From positions 558,001 to 601,676 of the forward strand of contig CT868085.1 of the NCBI GenBank assembly GCA_000165425.1: 43,676 bases of DNA, in the 5' to 3' direction. Positions 37,807 to 43,676 of the stretch are shown piece after piece; position 1 is the first letter of the stretch; every line of letters begins with the position of its first letter. The notes below the pieces were generated by a model. The model saw nothing but the letters and a program-made list of their open reading frames with translations. It had not been told where the DNA came from and searched no databases. Source of the DNA: Paramecium tetraurelia (Eukaryota). Both the position numbers and the translations under genes were made by a program.

Positions 37807-40309
37807 ATGCAAAAGCCAAAAATTTTAAATAAATCAAAAACAGAACCTCCAAATAATGAACTTGCATATTATCACCTTTAATAAAGTGAAGTAATGGAGT
37901 TGTAATATTTATATGCAGAAGTTGATATAGAATAATTAAATGGATCATGCATAGGAGGAGATAAATAAGGCTTTAAAATTGGATCCAAAATATGCAGAAG
38001 CCTATTAACTGAGAGGTAGTGGGCGATATTATTACACTTAGGATTGATTCATTTTAAGAAAGAGGAGAAGCTTAAGGCATTAGATGATCTAAACTAAGCC
38101 ATCTTCCATAATCCAAGTTTGGTTAGCAGCTTCTATCACAGAGGTATTTCGAAAACTGATGTAGCTACTGTCTATTAGAAAAATTAAATGCTAGACAAAG
38201 CTTTAGAGGATTGCGATTAGGCAATAAAATTGAATCCTGATTATGCGTTGGCTTATAGCAAAAAAGGTGATTGTAACTTCTTAGTAACAAAGGTTCATTG
38301 ATGAAGATCAAAGGAAGGCTAGATGAAGCTCTTGATTTGTACTCAAAGGCAATTGGTCTTGATAAAAATTGTTCCAATGCTTTTCTGCACAGAGGTAACT
38401 TGAGAATATGAAAGTAAGCTCTTCTATTTAAGGAAATCCGTTAACTAGAAAAAGCACTTAAAGATTATAATTAGGCTATTGAAATCAATCAAAATAATCC
38501 TAATGCATATTTTAATCGAGGTGAATATTAGAATTATGATTAGGAGTCTTACTAAAAGAAATTGGAGAGTACGAATAAGCTCTTTAAGATTATGATAGGG
38601 CAATCGAATTAAATCCAACTAATGCCAGCATTTATTTGAATAGAGGTAACTTGAGATATAATAAGGTGCTTTATTGAGCAGTATGAATCAGAAAGAAAGA
38701 GCTTTAAAAGATTATGATAAGGCTATTTAAATCAATCCAGAATACTCTAATGCTTATTTAAATAGAGGTATGAAATCGTTGATTAATAGCTCTTTTGCTT
38801 TGTGATATGGATCAGATTGGCAAAGCAGTAAAAGATTGCAATTCAATAATAAAGATTAACAAACAAGATGCAAATGCTTATTTTAACCGGGGTATTGAAT
38901 ATTTTGAAAAGAGGGTTTTTATTTGATCAGTTGGATTAGAGACAGCAAGCACTGGATGACTACACTTAAACAATAGAAATAAATCCAAAGGATTCTAGGG
39001 CATTCATAAATAGAGGTGAGAATTTAATGAAATAATAGGCCTATTGTATTGGAGAATGCAAGAAAAAGAAAAAGCCATGAAAGACTGTTTTACTGCCTTA
39101 GAAATATGTCCAAGCAATCCTCTTTATCTCACGATAATAGGTGATTTACATTTTCAGGATTTATAAAATGAAAAAGTGCATTAATATTTCACTGAGGCGT
39201 TGAAAAATATTGAAGGAATGTAACCTGAAGATAAAGCTAAATGGGGTTTGTCAGATAAAAACATCAGCTTCATTAAAATTAAACTATAGATTCTATAAGA
39301 AATAGAGCGTGATATCATAATAGCCAAAAAGCAGATATCCCTGTTGCCCAAGATTTCTACATAAGATTAGAATTAAGCAAATGAATTTTTCGAGAGGATT
39401 GAGAGAATCGAAAGGTCAGTTTCTGTAATAGTTTTACCAAACAATGAATCATAGAAACCAGAAAGGCAATAGAATATGATCAATTAATTCTATGAGATGT
39501 AGTAGCAACTTAAATAATTACAATAATAGTTGCAATAATAAAATCAACTGATTAACAAGATTTAAAATTTAGATAACTTCTAAATAGAATTTATGATGGA
39601 TGAGTTGAAGAAACCAAGAAATAAGCATCAATTTATATATTATAAATCATTATTTTGGAGATTGTACTTCTATATGCATGCAATGTAGGAACTATCTACA
39701 AATCTATTTTAAGTCAATAAAGAAGCCTTTGTTGAAAGTACTTCAGAAAAGGTTGCAAGCATATTATAAAAGATTTTTAAGGTTGGATCAAAAGCTTTAG
39801 AGCAATTACCAATTATTGGAGAAGCATTCAATATAATTAATTCTGCATTAGATTTTGGAATTGAATATCAAAAGGAAGCTAAGTTTAAAAGAAGGATAAT
39901 TCGTTTAACTAATATTATGAAATTATTTGCCATAACTCCTTCTGAATTAGAGAAAGAGGTATAGTTTGCAGCAATAGAATTAAGCAAATTGTAGGAACCT
40001 GGGATGAAGGAAATCCCGATATCGAAATTCACATAATTTGTGGAAAAATTATCTTTACTCGAAAATACTTAAGAAGAGTATAGCAGAGATCCTTATTGGA
40101 AGAAAGGGACAGTAGATTCGTTGATAATCTTGAAATATTTAGAGGATAATAATGATATGATTATGTTAGAGGATTAGCATAAAAAACTTAGGCAAGTATT
40201 CATTGATGCCATTCTAAAAAATGAAAATTCAACTTCAAACACAATTAAGAAATAAGAGAAATAGATCTCTAAAGACAAAGAAGAAATTGATAAATGTAAC
40301 ATATAATGA
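37807..40309 (+). CDS. TPR-repeat protein (755 aa; about 10-11 TPRs, coiled coil, helical C-domain, CaaX)
   Basis: Repeats such as AYFNRGVLLKEIGEYEQALQDYDRAIELNP; 10 introns totalling 235 nt give an in-frame 2268-nt CDS; ends KCNIQ*. Confidence 0.93.
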
Positions 40310-40928
40310 ATCACGATAAATGTAATATGAATAGGTTTTATTGTTATTCTAGTATATAATTGTTAAAATGATAATAAAAAAATCTTGACATTTTGCATTT
40401 CATCTAATTTTTAATTTCAAAGGACTTTCCCAAGCAAGTTAACGTTTTCACCAGATCTTATGTTTAATCACCAATAACTTCATTTAATAATTCTTAAGAG
40501 TATATATTTTCATCCTTTTTATCTCTAATTTTATTGAGAATAGATATTAACAGTGTTGAAATTATAAGAAGAAGGATTGTCTTCACTCATTGAAAATAAG
40601 AGTGATATCATTCTTTTTAAGTGATTTCATAAAATAATTTTTTTATTTTATGCATATTTGAAACATTTATATCATTAAAATAATGAATAACTTTATAGTG
40701 ATACTTATCATTAGAATAAAAGTAGAAGTTAAATATTTACTTTCTTTTATATTTTAGCATATTTTATTTAGTCTTTAGTAGGTGTGTTTTCAATTATATT
40801 CGTAATTAGATTTTGAATCAAGTATGAATTCAAGTTTAAAGGCAAATATAATTTGTTATTAATTAAGAGTATTTCATAATTATTTTTTAGTTCGCAAAAT
40901 CAAAATAGATTAAAATTAAATTAAATTT

Positions 40929-43049
40929 ATGAAATCACTCGAAGCAAGTGAAGATAATATATAAAAATATTGTAAATGTAATATATTCATATTATAATCA
41001 TAGATAATGAGTAAAGTTGGAAATGGCAAGAGGGAATTTTCTAAGTGGAAGGAATTGAATAAAGACAAAGAACTTTGAAAAAGACCAATTTTCTTGTACA
41101 ATACACTAAAGATAGATGGATTCATTATATTTAGGATGGATGTATGCTAAGAAAGTAATGTTAATATTATCCTTAGAGATAGAGCGTTATTGAGTAATGA
41201 ATAGCCAGAAATCTATAAGAATTTAGAGCATATTAAATATCTTAGATGGGAAGGAGAATATGGTGGGAATTAAAAAAAAGTAGGAATGTGGAATGCCTTT
41301 TGGAGAGGCGATAATCTAAAAGTTGGAGGACTTTATAACGAAAATGGTTTGAAATAAGGAAAATGGGTTAATCTATTTCCAAATTACAATGAGTAAATTT
41401 TTTGCTTTGAAAGCAGTATTTCCTAGGTCACTTATTCAGGATACTATAATAAGGGTGTAAAATAAGGAGAGTGGACTAGTTATCTATATGATAAATAAAT
41501 GTAAATTAATCCATAAATTTTAGTGCAAGTGGTATTTATAATGAATATGGATAAAAAAATGGGATTTGGGTTGAGCTACATGATAATTATAGTATGTATG
41601 TTCAAAGAAATCTATTAAAAGGGATCAAATGGTAACATTTGTTGGAGAATACGATAATGGAGTGAAATTTGGAAGATGGAATATATTCTTTCAATCCTGT
41701 TTCTTTTATGAAAGACAGTTAATGTAAGTATGAAAATAATTGATAATAGAGGTGGAGGAGATTATAATGAAAATGGATTAAAAAATGGATTTTGGATAGA
41801 TATTAATGAAAATTATAATCAGTTATACCGTTATGTTTATTTTATTATTAGTGAATATGAAATCTTATACACAGGGTTATATGATAATGGCAAGAAATAA
41901 GGATAATGGGATATAGAATTTAAAGATGGTAGATTTGCGCCATCTCATCCAAAAATGTATTTAGCTATCCAAAATAAATTTAGTGGAGGTGGAGTCTATG
42001 ATGAAAATGAATAAAAAACTGGAAAGTGGATAGAATTACACGAGGACTTTAGAAAGTAAATAAATTAAGTTATTGAAGTGTGTGCTAGGTAATTTTGGAA
42101 GGAGAGTATGTTAAAGGAATTAAATAAGGAAAATGGATTACATAATTTAGATTGAATTTAAAACATAAATTTAAAATTATGTAAGTAGCTGTTTAATTGT
42201 TTAGTGGTGGTGGAAACTATGATCTTTAAGGAAGAAAAATTGGCAAATGGATAGACATGAATGATAACTTTTGGAAGTAAAATAAATTAAATAATAATAT
42301 TCAATTAGACAATGCCAAGTCATTGAGAGTGGATAATATGATTGTGGAAAGAGGAAAGGATCATGGATAATTAAATTTAGGTATACGATAAATAAAGATT
42401 TCAATAAAATGTACACAATATATAAATAAACCAGTGGAGGGGGCAAATATGATGATTAAGGAATTAAAAACGGAAAATGGGTTGAAATCTTTAAAAGCTT
42501 CTAAAAGTATCCTATTTATATTGTAATTAGTTCATGCTAAGTAATTCTAACAGGAGATTATTTGGATGGGAAAAAAGTAGAAAATTGGAAAATTTCAGTT
42601 AGAGATCATGAAAAAGACAGATTTTAATAGATGTATTAAATTATACTATTATAGTGGAGGAGGAACATATGATTAAAATGGACTAAAAGATGGAAAATGG
42701 ATAGATTTAATTGAAAATTTCACAATGTATCATTATTAGAGGAAATTAGCAACAATCAAGTGATTATGAAAGGAGAGTATTTATTTGGAAAAAAACAGGG
42801 CTAATGGAATACTTTGTATAAAAAAGATCTTAAATTAGACTTTTATATTCTGTAATTTTCATTTTTTTAATTATTGATAGCGCTGGGGGTAGTTATAATA
42901 AGGATGGAGAGAAAAATGGAATCTGGATTGATTTGAATTATAGTTTTGGAAAAGAAGTCGGAGAATTCTTATACATTTTTATGGGAACATATAAAAACGG
43001 TCTTAAAATGCAATAATTTACAAGAAAAAATTTATATTTGGATGAATGA
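40929..43049 (+). CDS. MORN-like beta-hairpin repeat protein (571 aa, 16 introns)
   Basis: Alternating modules GGGxYDENGxKxGKWIxL and QVxxxGEYxxGxKxGxW; 16 GT-AG introns totalling 405 nt give an in-frame 1716-nt CDS. Confidence 0.9.
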
Positions 43050-43500
43050 TAATTATATTTACAGTAATGATATCACGATTTAAATATATTAAAATGGAAA
43101 TTAACACATTAAAAAGTTAAATTTTAGTTGAATAGATATTTTAATATTTGGATATTATACAAATTAGATCTTAGGTGTACCTAGAATTATTTAATAAGTG
43201 ATATATTTTATTCAGCGATTGATTGAAATTACTGACATGATATTTTAGTTGTTTATATAATTAATTTTTATAATGATGGAGTTGCAGAATTTATTCTGTT
43301 CAAATTTAAATCAAAATCAACATGTTCATATTGATTTATCAACATTTACTTAATTAGTGATGTATGTTGAAAACGCTAATTATTACTAATTATCACATTT
43401 GGCTAGAAATTATCTTAACCCACAACTTTTAATTAAAATTTAAATTAAAATTTTAAAATCGAGTATAATAAATTATAAACTGCTTAAGCATTAAACAATT

Positions 43501-43676
43501 ATCTCTGGATTTTCTAGGGCTGACAAATAGTAAGATGGATGTCTCTACAGAACCTTTGTAGGAAACATCACATCTCTGGGAAAATGGTAATGCTGTCTTC
43601 AATACTGACTTGCCTGAGGGCCGATATTCACAGACAGAGTGTCATTATAGTGGTTAGACAGAGGCTGTTCATGAAG
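43501..43676 (+). ncRNA. Candidate structured non-coding RNA (truncated by window end); alternatively the 5' end of a CDS from ATG43535
   Basis: Abrupt GC increase; three hairpins (43503-43519, 43533-43575, 43593-43637); TATAAA at 43474 and TAACCCACAA at 43416 upstream. Confidence 0.35.

Noticed and set aside
39141..39157. gtgatttacattttcag at the next expected 102-nt intron position
   Set aside because: Only 17 nt, and removing it causes an almost immediate TGA. Read through, it encodes a sensible TPR-like GDLHFQ and keeps the long frame open.
38016..42880. Regularly spaced repeat/spacer pattern suggestive of a CRISPR array
   Set aside because: The periodicity is protein-coding repeats separated by GT-AG introns; there are no identical DNA repeats, no cas genes, and the DNA is eukaryotic.
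43533..43575. SECIS-like hairpin on the minus strand (AAA near the loop, downstream of a TGA)
   Set aside because: The base of the stem is Watson-Crick (GAUG/CAUC) and lacks the tandem GA/AG quartet; no selenoprotein-like ORF is seen.
1..43676. Supplied six-frame ORF track (60-100 aa ORFs)
   Set aside because: Computed with TAA/TAG as stops and alternative starts. Entries are fragments of real genes or antisense/off-frame shadows, for example 18074-18367(-), 25677-25871(-), 38165-38377(-) and 42201-42446(-).
1..43676. Transposons, IESs, telomeric repeats, tRNA or rRNA genes
   Set aside because: No transposase or RT motifs, terminal inverted repeats, telomeric tracts or cloverleafs were seen. 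Gene models close in frame with introns alone, consistent with IES-free macronuclear DNA.

Overview
This is eukaryotic ciliate DNA, most likely a Paramecium macronuclear scaffold. It is AT-rich and gene-dense, TAA/TAG read as Gln, TGA is the only stop, and genes are split by tiny 20-32 nt GT..AG introns. The supplied standard-code ORF track is therefore mostly fragments or antisense artefacts. Manual re-translation in the ciliate code gives about 24 genes: a B-box protein, a MORN protein, a candidate mitoribosomal mS38-like peptide, a TEY MAP kinase, two other Ser/Thr kinases, a 2158-aa Cys-rich multi-pass surface protein, a CRAL-TRIO/CaaX protein, Arp5, two Cys-rich pseudokinase-MORN proteins, an SP-RING SUMO ligase, a tandem-GAF protein, a TPR protein, a MORN-like beta-repeat protein and several short basic orphans. 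The most striking structure is two adjacent repeat genes in which introns fall in register with the repeats: eight consecutive 102-nt phase-1 TPR exons, and alternating 72-nt/~102-nt phase-2 exons. Also notable are four dissimilar short proteins sharing a single C-terminal W-[ST] motif, and a structured, GC-richer ncRNA candidate at the right edge. All models come from manual reading only; no searches were run.
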